Assembly (NCBI RefSeq): GCF_006345805.1
Contig: NC_043020.1
Coordinates: 1-64,000, forward strand
Length of the DNA: 64,000 nucleotides
Source of the DNA: Octopus sinensis
Lineage: Eukaryota
Reading direction: 5' to 3'
The position numbers and the translations under genes are program-made. The first letter of the stretch is position 1; each line of letters starts with the position of its first letter. Below, in pieces: positions 25,713-39,106 of this stretch. The notes under the pieces were generated by a model, which ran no database searches, was not told the origin of the DNA, and saw nothing but the letters and a program-made list of their open reading frames with translations.

Positions 25713-26654
25713 CAAGTGACTTGTTAAAAGGCTGATACTTCAAAACAAATCTGCTTTCTCAGGACACAAGTCATCTGCTGCTTCCATCATACACTCTTTG
25801 ATGAAGTTGCCATCAGTAAACGGTTTTCCTCGCTCTGCCATCTTATGCACTATTTTGTAAATTGTACGAGTGACAGAATCATTTTCAGCAAACATTCTCG
25901 TGAAGAGATTCCTTTGAGATTCCAAACTACGTTTCATTTAACTTAAATTTCTCAGAACGCAACTTTCCAGAAAACTTCGAATATTTTGGCAGATGTTTTG
26001 ACTCATCGTGACGCCGAAGGTTGTACTTTTTCAAAACGGCAACACTTTTGTTTTTTTTGGTATTTTTTTTTTTTTTTTGTGCGTGTCATGCAACTTACTT
26101 TCTTGTTGTTTGTTTCCACAAAAAAATACTTTTTTCTTCATTCTTCATTGAAAAGGCGACACTCAGCATCTGCTTTTTTTTATACTAAGAACGATGTGTG
26201 AAGAAAACAGGGTCTGAAACAGAAAAACAATTGTTTATTTACACTTTGAATATTCTACCAAAAAGATTTTAGAAAAATAATAATTTTTCAAAATTATTTT
26301 GACATCTATATAAACATCTCTTTTTCTTTTTTACGCCCTTTTCAAACCTAGCCAGGCTCATGGGCCCGGTTTCTGCGTATGTATTCCCCCCAGCTGGACG
26401 GGACGCCAGTCCATCGCAGCGTTACTCAAGAAACAGGAAGCAAGAGTGAGAAAAAGTTGTGGCGACAGAGTACAACAGGGGTCGCCACCACCCCCTGCCG
26501 GAGCCTCGTGGATTGATTCTTGTTTCATGCCAGAGCATCAAATAATTTTTTAGTTACCTAGAAATTATGTTAAAAACTGCCGTTCAAACCGAAAAGATCC
26601 CAAATTTCTTCAAATTGGTGCCATCAAATATAATACTAATAAACATGAAATCTT

Positions 26655-27397
26655 AAACTACTTTTCCTATTATCTTATGCAAGGTGGTATGAGCTTTTGC
26701 CTGTAGGATTTCATTTTGTATGGTATCAGATAGGAAATTATTTCGACTTTTAAGCCACTGGCTTACTTCTGCACTGCATTTTTCAGCAAGTTCTTTTATA
26801 CGAAGTTTCCTGTGTCATGTTCAGACCGTTGTAATGCTAGGCCTTACCTACCACAGAATCTGACCGCTTTGAAAATAATTTTTAATGTTTGCTAGGCTAG
26901 TTCTTGTTACCGGATCGGCTGCTTATTCAGAATCACAGATATGTCTGTCTTTGGCCCAAAGTGCTAACTGCTTTCATGTAGTGACCAGAACAGCGTTGTG
27001 CAGCGATTTTTCGGGTAATGTTGCCCCAGTTTCGCACACAAGTCAAGAAGGCAGTTTCCTAAGGCGTTGTAATTATGTTGTGCTGAATCCCTTCCAGACA
27101 ATACCGGCAGATAATGGCATCGTGCTGAACATCATAATGAAGCCAGAGAGCTTCCAGCTTCCAGCATGAGCGTTTCTTTGCATCCTTGGGGAAGTTGAAT
27201 GTCTTTCCAGGCACAAATTGTTTTTGTGACGTGCAAAATTTCGATGGTACTTCTTGACATGTTGGAAGTGCTTTGTCATGAATTTTTTCTCTGAATTACA
27301 TCTCTGCAATTTACGATGGTCCTGCATTCTCTTGACATAACGCAGTACTGAAGAAATCTGAAATTTTCCTCATTTTTGCTTCTTGTGGACTTGACAT
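26655..27397 (-). pseudogene. Second hAT transposase fossil, N-terminal part (TTF-type zinc finger + DUF4371-like; ZMYM1/Tip100-like)
   Basis: FNFPKDAKKRSC..WLHYDVQHDAIICRYC..RNW, IIFKAVRFCGR*GLALQ..GNF, WLKSRNNFLSDTIQNEIL, with stops and frameshifts. Confidence 0.88.
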
Positions 27398-28960
27398 GTT
27401 ACACAGAACTAATAATGAAGGAAAAAAAAAGAAGGCAAAAAGTGTAAGCAGATCAACAACTTCATATTATAAAAGTGGGGTTTCGGATCTCTTCAGATTG
27501 GTTGTCAATCTTCGAAAATTCAAAACTGATTTAAAATTTTTAAATTTGGTACATTCACTTTTTCCAGAAAGATTTTCTTTTTTAAAGTTATAGTAGTTTA
27601 AAGTTTGATAATTTTCACCCAGTCAGAAAACAAGATTTGGAAGCTGTCATTTTGTGTGTAACAGCACAAGTTGTCGACTGTAAACAAATAAAATTCTGCT
27701 TTAGGCATGCCATATAAACACCTCGTAACTTTTTTTATTTTTTGGAATATTTAGGAAATTTTTGCGAAGTTGTATTCAACACACGGGAATTCATACGATT
27801 ATCCAAACATAAAACAAAATTTTTTTAGTGAGTGATTTAAGGCCTATTTGGTTGCAATTTTCAGCATATCTGACTACCACCTCGGTGACTGGAATATATT
27901 TGTCAACACGTGCTTTCTCGCAGACAAAAGAATTCTCATACTTGGCTTGTTACTATGGAAACAGGCATGAATGGGTCTGTGACTTACGATTGTCTAAAAT
28001 TACCCAAATTTGCAAATTTTAAAAGCTAATAACTCTTTATAGATCGAATTATTGCGAAATGGATTTCAAGGCAGTGATTAACATATAAAACCATATTCGT
28101 GCAGGAATTATTTTGGATTAACTTATTAAAACTTACTTGTTCGACATCGTTACAAGATAACAAACCATGAGTCTATCAGCTACTACTAAATTCAAACCAC
28201 GACAGATGAAGTCGACGATTTTCAATTAACGGAGACAACGCTCGCATATCGCCTGAGGAAACACAACTAGATCTCATTATGCAAAGAGACAGTTGCATAA
28301 TCAAATACCTATATTCTTAGAGAACTCGAAACAATTGTACCGATTAAAAAATAAATGTCCAACCGTACTCCTTCTTGTCGACTCCAATTTCTTCAATTTT
28401 TTATACACACACGACGAATACCCAAACTTAAACTTGGAAGTATATAATAATACTACTGGGTGGTACTGGACAATTCTGAAGGTGGACAGAGCTTTATACT
28501 GTACTCTATCTCGTTCCTCATGGAATATACCATAACTATATATATGTTACACGCTCACACACGACCTGCCTTAAACTCCTCATTCATTCTATTATTGAAC
28601 CGGGAGTGTAACAGCGGCCTTTCCGTAGCACTTACATAGCCTTACCTGCCTTTTGGGTCTTCTAGATACCAAAACATCTCATATATATATATATATATAT
28701 ATATTAGCCGGTGTATACGAAGCAATGAATAGCTTTGCGGAAACCATGGTATGCTTTGTTTTCTGACTTTTTAATCATCTCATAATAATGACTTTTATGA
28801 CTTTTATTACTACCTCAGTCCATCTAAATGTATATATCTGTCGTTACCTGTCATAAAAAGTCTTTTTTTTTATTTGCAATGTGCATTTTCGTTGATTTTT
28901 CATATTTTACCCTTACATTTCCACGTGTATTTTATATTTTCTTTTTATAACATATTTCTA

Positions 28961-29043
<83 letters not shown>

Positions 29044-29214
29044 CTTCAAGCAACTTTTTACATATCAATTTTTAGACACTATTTAGGGATGCAATTTTGA
29101 TTTTGTGCCCCTTAAAAACTTTAGTGGGTGCAAGCGCACGACCTGAAGCCCCTGTTCCCGGGTCCTTGGCTGCAGGAATGAACTCTCATTGCAGGTACTT
29201 ACACAAAAGGTATA

Positions 29215-29269
29215 GTTCAGCGGTGGGCCGGATGAACTGACCTCGCGGGCCGTAGTTTGGTGACCCCTG
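29215..29269 (-). mobile_element. hAT (Charlie/SPIN-type) terminal inverted repeat
   Basis: Minus strand CAGGGGTCACCAAACTACGGCCCGCG..ATCCGGCCCACC. The partner end was not found. Confidence 0.75.
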
Positions 29270-29512
29270 CCCTCGAGCGATGGGGTATGAATATTTGGCC
29301 CAGGATTTGGTCACATTGATCTTTCGCTAGTTAAAATATCTCATCTGCGCATGCTACGATTACAGATGACAACAATAATTCGCTAAATGAACTGGTTGAT
29401 CCCTACAGTTCATTTGTTCTCTAAAAAGTATATTAGCAAGGTATAGTTTGTTCTAACATACCATTTGAGTGGGCATAAATATTACCTGTCGGCATTAATA
29501 CAACCTCTATCG

Positions 29513-29546
<34 letters not shown>

Positions 29547-30814
29547 ACAAGTTCACTGGCTAATCGCGACACCAGCGCTTCTTCTGGTAGTATCAATCTA
29601 TATATCGCTGGCGAGGAGATGACTCCTGCTGCCTCTAGCGGTCGAGTGCCCATCATTGACAAGACCAAACAAGGTCGAAAGCACGTATTCCGGTGGCCTC
29701 GGCACTGGAAGTAACGGGGATTTGTTTCCTTGCTAGCTATGTAAACAAGAGTACATTTTGCATCAGAAAACCAATATGAGAGTTTCTCTCGTGGTAACTA
29801 CCGCAGTATAGTTTGTTCTGATAGAACATCTGCGTTTAAGTGGGGATAGATATTACCTCTCGGTTTATTGTCTATTTCTCTGCTCAGCATCCAGTGAAAT
29901 TCGTCTTTGATTCAACAAGTTCATTTTGTCGAAATTGTTCACATCCCCTCTGCTGATCCTGTGATTTCAACATACTCTGGTTCATGTGTTTACTTGGTAT
30001 TTAACTCATAGCTGGGACCCGGAGTAGGTGCAGCTACTCCGGATCAGAATAGACCTGGGAACAGTAGTTTGCGAAAAGGTCGTTCGACTCTCCGCGAAAC
30101 CTTGAAAGTCCCGAACCAGGGCCCCACGACTGGATGCAGCTTAAAGTCATACTCAGGACAAATAGCTACCGCGGCTAAAGTATATCTCTCCAGTTTAAAC
30201 AGCGGGAACGTTGTAAAATTAACGAGATGGTCTTTTGGAATTAGTACTTGGGTGAAGTCTTTCTTTTTGACGAAGAAATGATTATCTCCCTTGTATCAAC
30301 CGACCGCTAGGAGGACACCACGTAGCGTTGGAAACTATCTTACCAATGCTGCCACGCCAAGAGATCTTGATATCAGCCGGGTCGTCGCGTGTAGAATCTT
30401 TCCTCTTTAACTTCAACAATAAGCAACAAGTTATGTAGAAATATAGAATTAAAAGAAGGCAAAAATAGCTGATATTTTAAATAGGCAACATTTCCTTTCT
30501 TCACTGTTAAATTTCATTTCCGGTGAGATCTTGTTTTTCTTTGACCCCGTGACCAGAATACTTATCTCTCTCTTTCCGTTTCTCTATTCTGTTTCTCTTT
30601 CTCAAGTTCTTTGTTTTCTACACACATAAATACATAAGTATATACGTGTAAACACGGACGGACATACGAGTAAATACACACATACATACATACATACATA
30701 CATACATACGTACATAGATACATACATACATACATACATACACATACATACATACATACATACATGCATACATACATGCATACATACATAATACATACAT
30801 ACATATACATACAT

Positions 30815-30845
<31 letters not shown>

Positions 30846-31013
30846 ATACATACATGCGTACATACATACATACATACACACACACATACATACATACATA
30901 ATACATACATACATATACATACATATATACATACATAAATACATACATACACAATACACACATACATACATACATACAAAAATACATACATACATACTTA
31001 CATACATACATAC

Positions 31014-31044
<31 letters not shown>

Positions 31045-32019
31045 CGTACGTACGTACGTACATACATACATACAGACAGACAGACAGACAGCCTAAGTCC
31101 GTATGTACTCACACCATTGTTATTTAAAAATTCCAGAAATAAAACATTTTCTTTGTAAGAAACCAGTTCTTTCTTCAAAGGAAGAATTTAAATAAATATA
31201 ATATAAATACACACACACACACACTTTCTTACACCTTTAAGTAACATGTTTATGTCGTAGTCGTAGACGGAAGGCATTAACTTTTACTTGTGCAGTAACA
31301 CGTATTAATTACGTTCAGTGATTAATTTCCTTACAGTTTCTTGGTTATATTACCCAGCAAATTATATACAGAAGACAGGGACAATTTAGCGTGCGGCCTA
31401 CCTGGCCATTTACACATTAGCGTGCACTCTAACCCTAAACCCACTCCTAATCCAAATCAGGTCATTTCACATTGTGGACTACAGATACTGCAGTAGACTG
31501 CATGCTGGAGTAACACGCGGAAGATTCTATAGACTAAATATTGATCCATTAATTTGTGTATTTGTAATATAACGATCCACGTTATTAAAATATTTGGAAC
31601 CTCAAACTCTAGAGTTGTCATTGCTTACGCACGCAACCTTCTTAATTTGTACTCAGCATAAGAAGAATATATGGTTAACCACCATATTAAATTGAACATA
31701 AATCGGCTGGAGACAGCAGGAAACCATTGCTGTATCTGTTTCAAGAAAATTCATGGATCTTCTGACTTTGCACGATCGCTGACACCTGTAAGCATGGCAA
31801 ATAAAGACAAAGAAAGGAGTGTAAGATATGAGTTTTTGTTGCGTGCAAGACGTTGAGTGTTTCCTAGAAAGGTGTTTCTAATCGGTGAGAGATATTATCG
31901 TAGCTAGTGTGTGCCGCTCAGAGCAGCCTTGGGTTTGCTCTCCCACTTTATATAGACTTATACGGCGCACCCCAAAATGTAACATTGTAATACTTCATGT
32001 AAAGTAAATATAACAAATG

Positions 32020-32205
32020 AAAAATCCTTCAAGAATCCATAGAAATCCTCGGATCACTACCAAAATTTCATAATCTGTTCCTTGTGTCATTACCAACTTT
32101 TCCTGCAAGTTTCATCAAATACCGTTTTCAACTCTGAGTTATTTTGCATACAGACGGACAGACGGACAAACCAACGCCAAAAAAACATAACCTCTTTCTT
32201 TGAAG
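32020..32205 (+). mobile_element. Helentron-associated non-autonomous element (HINE/DINE-1-like) fragment
   Basis: AAGTTTCATCAAATACCG..GAGTTAT..(ACAG) microsatellite..AAAACATAACCTC architecture. Confidence 0.6.
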
Positions 32206-32418
32206 AAGGCGAATATTCCTTGTGTTGTATGTCTTGTTGCTCTGGTTTTTTTTTTCGCTGTTTGAAAAAAGTTCGTTTCCATGTTTTTGTTTTTATGTTT
32301 TCGTTTGTCATTGTGTTCAACGTTTTTCTGATGTCCTGTACCTATAAATGCATGTATATATACATATATATGTAGGTATGTACATATGTGTATGTGTATA
32401 TGCATATATTTATATATA

Positions 32419-32479
<61 letters not shown>

Positions 32480-32894
32480 AATGGAACAAAAATGCAACAG
32501 ACGGTATTAAAACGTTCGGACAGATAGACGATACAAAGGCGTACAAGAGAAACAACAATTAAAAAGACAGGCAAAACAAGACGGGCCATTTTTGGCTTTC
32601 TTTCATCAGTCAAGTCCTAGAATTCACGACCATTTCGGACAGTTACACTTGAGATGGTTCGATCTGGTTATATATATATATATATATAACCAGATCGAAC
32701 CAGCTATTTAATGGTATTGCGCCTGCGATCCACCTATGTCACTGCTGGTGATATTCGTCAATTTTAACATTTATCCACAGATGATATGAACAGTAGTGAC
32801 ATCTGATTTCAAATCTCAGTGTTTGAATGTTTTGCTTATATATATATATATATATATAAGAAAGAGAGACACAAATAAGAAAGAAGAAAACAAA

Positions 32895-32939
32895 GGACCA
32901 CTGATGCGGTCACAGGAGTGTGACGAAAGAACTCTGGCC
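32895..32939 (+). ncRNA. Hammerhead ribozyme candidate (CTGATGC variant), left arm
   Basis: GGACCA-CTGATGC-G-GTCACA ggag TGTGAC-GAAA-GAACTC-TGGCC. Confidence 0.55.
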
Positions 32940-33120
32940 GAAATAAGATTAAGATTAATGTAAAAAATAAATAACACTGAAGCAAAATAACACCAAATAT
33001 ATAGTGCGTGTGTTTTTATTGGCTAAACTAGCAACATGACCATTCCGAATATAACAATATCTGTTTCAACACACGACTTCACATAAAAAATCTTGTACAA
33101 CAATATTTAAACGTATATAT

Positions 33121-33173
<53 letters not shown>

Positions 33174-33348
33174 GTTTAAATATTTGTTGTACAAGATTTT
33201 TTATGTGAAGTCGTGTGTTGAAACAGATATTGTTATATTTCGGAATGGTCATGTTGCTAGTTTAGCCAATAAAAACACACGCACTATATATTTGGTGTTA
33301 TTTTGCTTCAGTGTTATTTATTTTTTACATTAATCTTAATCTTATTTC

Positions 33349-33393
33349 GGCCAGAGTTCTTTCGTCACACTCCTGTGACCGCATCAGTGGTCC
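33349..33393 (-). ncRNA. Hammerhead ribozyme candidate (CTGATGC variant), right arm
   Basis: Exact reverse complement of 32895-32939. Confidence 0.55.
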
Positions 33394-34049
33394 TTTGTTT
33401 TCTTCTTTCTTATTTGTGTCTCTCCTTACTAACCGTCAGCCATTTTGTATTTCTATTGTATGTCTTCATTTGCGCATGCTTATATCTCTATGTGCGTCTA
33501 TGTTTATTTAGTGTGTGTATGTGGGGGGGGGGTGCCTCTAATATTTGTATCTTCTGTTTATATATGTTCATGTAATTTGAATTTTGTTTTTTGTTTTTTT
33601 TTTATTGTATATTGTATATTGCATATACACATATTACACACACACACATATATATACACACATACATGTACACACACACACACACACACACACTAGCAAT
33701 ACATCTCGGCGTTGCCCGGGTGTTATGACCTACTGCTACATTGTATTACTTGTTCCTTTATGTATATATATATATACATACATAGCTGAAGAAGGGGAAT
33801 GTTCCTTGTGTTGTTTGTCTTGTACTCTGTTCTCTTTTTTGTTGTTAAAAAATGTCCGCTTCCTTGTTTGGTTTTATGTTTTCGTTTCTCGTTGTGTTCT
33901 ACGTTTATTTCTGGTGTCCTGTACCCATATATGCATGTATATATACATATAGATGTAGGTATGTACATATATGTATGTATGCATATGTTTTATTTATTAA
34001 ATTGTTATATATCTCTATGTTATAAATATATATATATACAGTACCGCTG

Positions 34050-34250
34050 GCGATTTTTTTCCTCTGTCTTCCCTTCTCGGGATCTTTCCTTCTCCTATGT
34101 TTCCGACGAAGAGCTCCGCTCGAAACGTTAAACCCTCCTTCTTCCCTTCTTTCCTGAGCGTCCAATAATACTTTATCTGTTCCACGTCCTCGCGTTGTTG
34201 TGTTTTTTTGTTTTTTGTTTTTTTGTGTTTTCTTGTTTGGATTAACTTTA
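34050..34250 (+). mobile_element. Penelope-like terminal repeat, family P2, with hammerhead-like motif at 34099-34133
   Basis: GTTT-CCGACGA-A-GAGC tcc GCTC-GAAAC-GTT-AAAC. Flanked by TA runs. Confidence 0.65.
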
Positions 34251-34873
34251 TATATATATATATACACACACACAAATAGAAACCCAACATACACACACGA
34301 ATATCATAAAGACATACATACAAATATAAATAGATAGACAGACAGACAAATCTTACAAACATTTAAATAAGAACTGCTACAGTACCGATACAACATGGGT
34401 TAAGACAAAATAAATAAATACACAGATTCGAATGAGTGCGCACATTCGTGTATTTATTGACAATTCACGCTATAGCAGCACTGTAATAGCGAAAGTCCAG
34501 CTGTCAACCTTTTACCATTGTGTAAATAATTTTCTGTTTAGACAAGTTATATATGAATAAAAAGCGTGCATCAAAGACAAGCGATTGAATCTCGGACAAA
34601 ATATTAAAACGCGATGAAACCAATCGGTTCGATCCCGATGTCAAGCAGTGAAAGTGATTCTTGTGGGCCTTGTTATTAACTAGTTTTTTTTATATTTGTT
34701 TTCGCTGTGAGATTAAATACGAATAGCTATGAGTGTGTTTCTATTTATTTATTTTCTGAAATATATTTTTGCGATGTTTAACCCGAAGTGTTGTTCGTTC
34801 GAAGTTCCCTGCGGTGTGTTAGTGGTCGGCAACGTAATTTACTGCCGCCTAACAACAGTTACTATTTTGACAG

Positions 34874-35644
34874 GCAGTTTTCAAATGGTGGATGAATGAG
34901 TTTGTATGGAAAGTAGAAAAGTCTTTATATATCTGAGGAGGATTGCTTAAATGAAAGGTAAGACCTTCCCCTCGTGCCCACCTCCCATGCTCCCCAGAAA
35001 ACATAGACAATATCCTATAATTTTCATCCATTATCTTTCTCTGCCATCTTTATAATTCGCAATATAAACACAATTATTTGTGGGTGTTTCTCGAAAAACC
35101 GGTGAAGCTGGGCAGCAAACGATATTTTTAAAACGCCAATAATAAATATTTATATGCTTATATCTATTTTGGTTTCGTGATAATCCGAATAAATAATCAT
35201 CGTAGAATATTTTTCAGTGAAATATGTTTTCGGAAATTTCATTTAAAACATTGTTTTCCGTCTAAAGAATACACAAATATCGCATATTCGGAAATCGATT
35301 CGAAATTACCGTCTGCTGTTTACTACTAAAAATATTTGTTGTATATATAAATGGGAACTAACAAAGAGCCAGATGTTATGTGTTATATTTCACTGGTTAA
35401 AATGCGATTGTGTGGCGTTCATGCTGTTGTAGATAGAATTCGTTTGTTGGTTGTTGATGTTGTGGGGCTGATTTCGTTGCAGACAGGGATCGAAATGGAC
35501 TCCTTTTGATTTGCTGTAAAAACTCGACTGGAGTCGATGGTTAAATAAATATTGGGATCTTTTCAATTAAGGAACAAAATTTCGTCCTTCTCCAGTGATA
35601 CCAGGAACATTCATTACAAAAAAGTTGAATGAGTATGCATGCAA
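34874..35644 (+). other. Candidate pair of spliced exons (34874-34957 and 35596-35644), possible N-terminus MKVIPGTFITKKLNEYAC
   Basis: TTTTGACAG acceptor, ATGAAAG|GTAAGA donor, TTTCGTCCTTCTCCAG acceptor, CAA|GTAAGC donor, with an in-frame join. No recognised homology. Confidence 0.25.
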
Positions 35645-36475
35645 GTAAGCACAATGACATGCACCCTATATATATATATATATATATACATATCTATCTA
35701 GCTATCTATCCGGTGTGTATATGCATATATAAATAAATGCATTGTATGTCACTGTGTGAGTGTACATATATATATATATATATACACTCATATATATATT
35801 TGTGTGTGTATATGCATATATAAATAAATGCATTGTATGTCACTGTGTGAGTGTATATATATACACTCATATATATATATATGTATGTGTGCATATATAA
35901 ATAAATGCATTGTATGTCACTGTGTGAGTGTATATATATATATACATTCACATATATATATGTGTGTGTGTATGCATATATAAATAAATGCATTGTATGT
36001 CTGTGTGAGTGTGTATATATATATATATATACTCACACAGAGACACAATGCATTTATTTATATATGCATATACACACCGTATAGATAGATAGTTAGGTAT
36101 GTATGTATGTGTGTATACACAAACAATTTTACTCACCAACACATTACTCAAAGTTTCGTGGACGCTTTCAATCCCGTCAGACGTTTTGAGAAAATGTGTC
36201 GAGTGCTACTTAAATACGTATCTACACAATACACACATAACGTATATATAAAACACATAGACAATACATATATAATATTGTATATAACTGATAAACAAAT
36301 ATCTATATCTGTGATATACATACACTACATATACACACATGTATGATAGACAGGTAGGTAATGTCAATAGACCGATAGATATTGTCATATATTCTTTGTC
36401 TGTGAAGTAAAACTTGATTTTACTACACCACAAGAAATATTCATTCCACACAAGGTTGTCAAAATAAACCATTTG

Positions 36476-36507
<32 letters not shown>

Positions 36508-36874
36508 TATAATATATATATAGGAAGTAAAGCCATGCTCTTAGAAGTCTTCTTTACGAGTGAAAAGGCCTTTGCGTAGTTGCTAGTTCTGTTAGAAATG
36601 GTAGTAAAATTCCCCCAAAATTGTACCTTACTGTCTGAGAAATGGAATGATGTGTTTGGTATGTGATCCCCAAATAGAAGACATTCGATAATATATATGT
36701 GTGTGTGTGTGTGAGATATATGTATATATGTATGTGTATATATATATATATATATGTATGTATATATATATATAACATCTATGTATTAATTTTGTTGGGT
36801 ACCTATCTAGCAGTATATTGGATATATATTATCCCATGGTGGGTTGAATTTTCAACCCCTATCTCATTTTATAA

Positions 36875-36919
<45 letters not shown>

Positions 36920-37161
36920 GTATATATGTATATATATGTATGTATATATGTATATATATATGTATGTATGTATATATATATGTATATATATATATATATG
37001 TATGTATGTATATATATATATTATGTATGTATGTATATATATTATATGTATGTATATATATATATATATGTATGTATGTATATATATATATGTATGTATA
37101 TATATATATGTATGTATATATATATATATATATATATATTATGTATATATATGTGTGTGTG

Positions 37162-37194
<33 letters not shown>

Positions 37195-37696
37195 GTGTGT
37201 GTATATATATATATGTATGTATATATATAAACACATATATATATATACATATATATCATGCACATAGGACTTGTGTCTTTTGTTTGCGTCCACTTGGTTC
37301 TACTCTTAACTCAAGGTTATAGGTTAAAAAAATGAGAAGTTAAATAATTTTCCTCGTGGTGCCGAGCAGTGGCATCGAACCCGAAAGCACGTGGACGCCA
37401 AACAAAAACATCTCGCTTGGCCATATAAGCCATTACCTTTCCTATATATATGTTGGTTCGTTCGCGCTATTTCGTGTCTGACTAAGAAATAATACACACA
37501 CGCGACCACTTTGTTCAAACTTGTCAACCCTTAGAATAACACACAGACACTCACACATACACACATGCGTAGGGGCCGTCTACGCTGTGTCTCAACCTGC
37601 TAGGAATAGCAGTCAAATCCCACCATACCATCTTAAAAAATAAAGCATATACATTAAGGATATGTATGTAGTTCCTGGTATACAGAAAAATGAAAA

Positions 37697-37989
37697 TACG
37701 TAAAGGCGAGACGGCTACGACTGGAATGCCCTTGATATTAGATTAGTAACCCACAGCATACTCAAACCAGAACTGGGGGCCCTAGGACTCGTAAGGCTTC
37801 CGGGTATGTACCCATGCTTTGTGAGACGGCATCGATGCCATACGTAAAGGCGAGACGGCTACGACTGGAATGCCCTTGATATTAGTAACCCACAGCATAC
37901 CTAAATCAGAACTGGGGCCCCTAGGACTCGTAAGGCTTCCGGGTATGTACCCCATGCTACCCATGCTTTGTGAGACGGCATCGATGCCA
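37697..37989. repeat. Direct tandem duplication, 144-bp unit
   Basis: TACGTAAAGGCGAGACGG...GGCATCGATGCCA occurs at 37697-37840 and 37841-37989 with small indels. Confidence 0.9.
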
Positions 37990-38614
37990 TCGTAGTCCTG
38001 TCTGCTTCGACCTAGGGCTAAAACAACAGCAGCAGCAACAACACCATATATCATTGATCGTGATTGCTGTCATAGTGAAAGTATGACCTTATATACTCTG
38101 TTCCACTTGCTAAGCTTTTTCCCTCACTTTTTTTTCTTATCGTCTTTATATCGCCGTCCGTCCTCCTCAAATTCCTACTACTATTGTTGTTGCTGTTGCT
38201 GTTGTCTCGTGTTGGATCATTTTTCATTAATTAATCAGCGCTTATTATCGACTGTCTATGACTGGGCTATCTTTCCCCCTCGCCCTCTCTCTCTCTCTCT
38301 CGTGTTTACATTGTTCTCGACTGCTTACGTCTTGCCTCGTGTTGTAAACACAAGAGAGAGAGAGAAACTGACATGATATCCTTATTTCTCGACTACCTCT
38401 CTCTCTCTTTCCTCCACTCTGTCTTATGTTTACATTATCTTCTCACCTTCTCGACTACTTTTGACTGTCTATCTATCTCCTTATCGATTACTTACGTCTT
38501 GTTTTTATTCTCACACCTAGCATTTTACAAAACCAATTTTCTCTTTCTCTTCTCTTCTCATTTCTCTCTGCTAATTTAATGAAATTTGCTTTTATTTTCA
38601 AAATTATCTTACTC

Positions 38615-39039
38615 GGCGATCTTTCGTCTCTAGTAGACCTTTCCGTCGATTTCCGTAAAAAATTTTTTCTTTTTACATATGGGCTTGCGGGAACTTTTGA
38701 AGTAATATACATACATATACACATACACCGAGTAAAAAATTTCAGTTATCTCTTTCTTTCACACATTACTCTCTCTGTCTCTTCACACACACTAACAGAA
38801 GCACTTCACTTACACAACATACTGTCTGTCTCCTACACCCCATCAAACACACACACACACATGTACATCAATGCTTCCCATGCACGGTAACTTCAAAAGA
38901 ACTTCCCTCGTCATACAATCGCTTTCTCTTAGTCTCTTTCGCTCTCATTACTTCAAAAGTTCCCGCAAGCCCATATGTAAAAAGAAAAATTTTTTTTACG
39001 GAAATCGACGGAAAGGTCTACTAGAGACGAAAGATTGCC
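38615..39039. mobile_element. MITE with ~90-bp TIRs and perfect 8-bp TSD (Merlin-like)
   Basis: TIR GGCGATCTTTCGTCTCTAGTAGACC... TSD TCTTACTC at 38607-38614 and 39040-39047. GG termini plus an 8-bp TSD fit Merlin/IS1016. Confidence 0.9.
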
Positions 39040-39106
39040 TCTTACTCTATAATCTCAGTCTCCTCCTATGACTCATTTGTTTTAATATATCCCTCTGTAC
39101 TATTTG

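Larger units (their letters stand above)
23190..26180 (-). pseudogene. hAT transposase fossil (SPIN/GTF2IRD2/EPM2AIP1-like), fragmented by at least 4 insertions
   Basis: Collinear peptides on the minus strand: KKADAECRLFNEE*RKKYFFVE (N-term), GKPFTDGNFIKECM, ALDESTD (catalytic D), HCIIHQQGLC, YHTAVR*LS, LLFLVDITSLMNELNLKLQ, LQLELIDLQ. Confidence 0.93.
32864..33424. repeat. ~250-bp inverted duplication of the P1 Penelope-like repeat around a (TA)n tract
   Basis: Arms 32864-33113 and 33173-33424 are reverse complements differing only by 1-nt homopolymer indels. Confidence 0.92.

Noticed and set aside
32590-32660. Possible fourth hammerhead (minus-strand CTGATGAAAG)
   Set aside because: No convincing stem II or GAAA follows in this copy.
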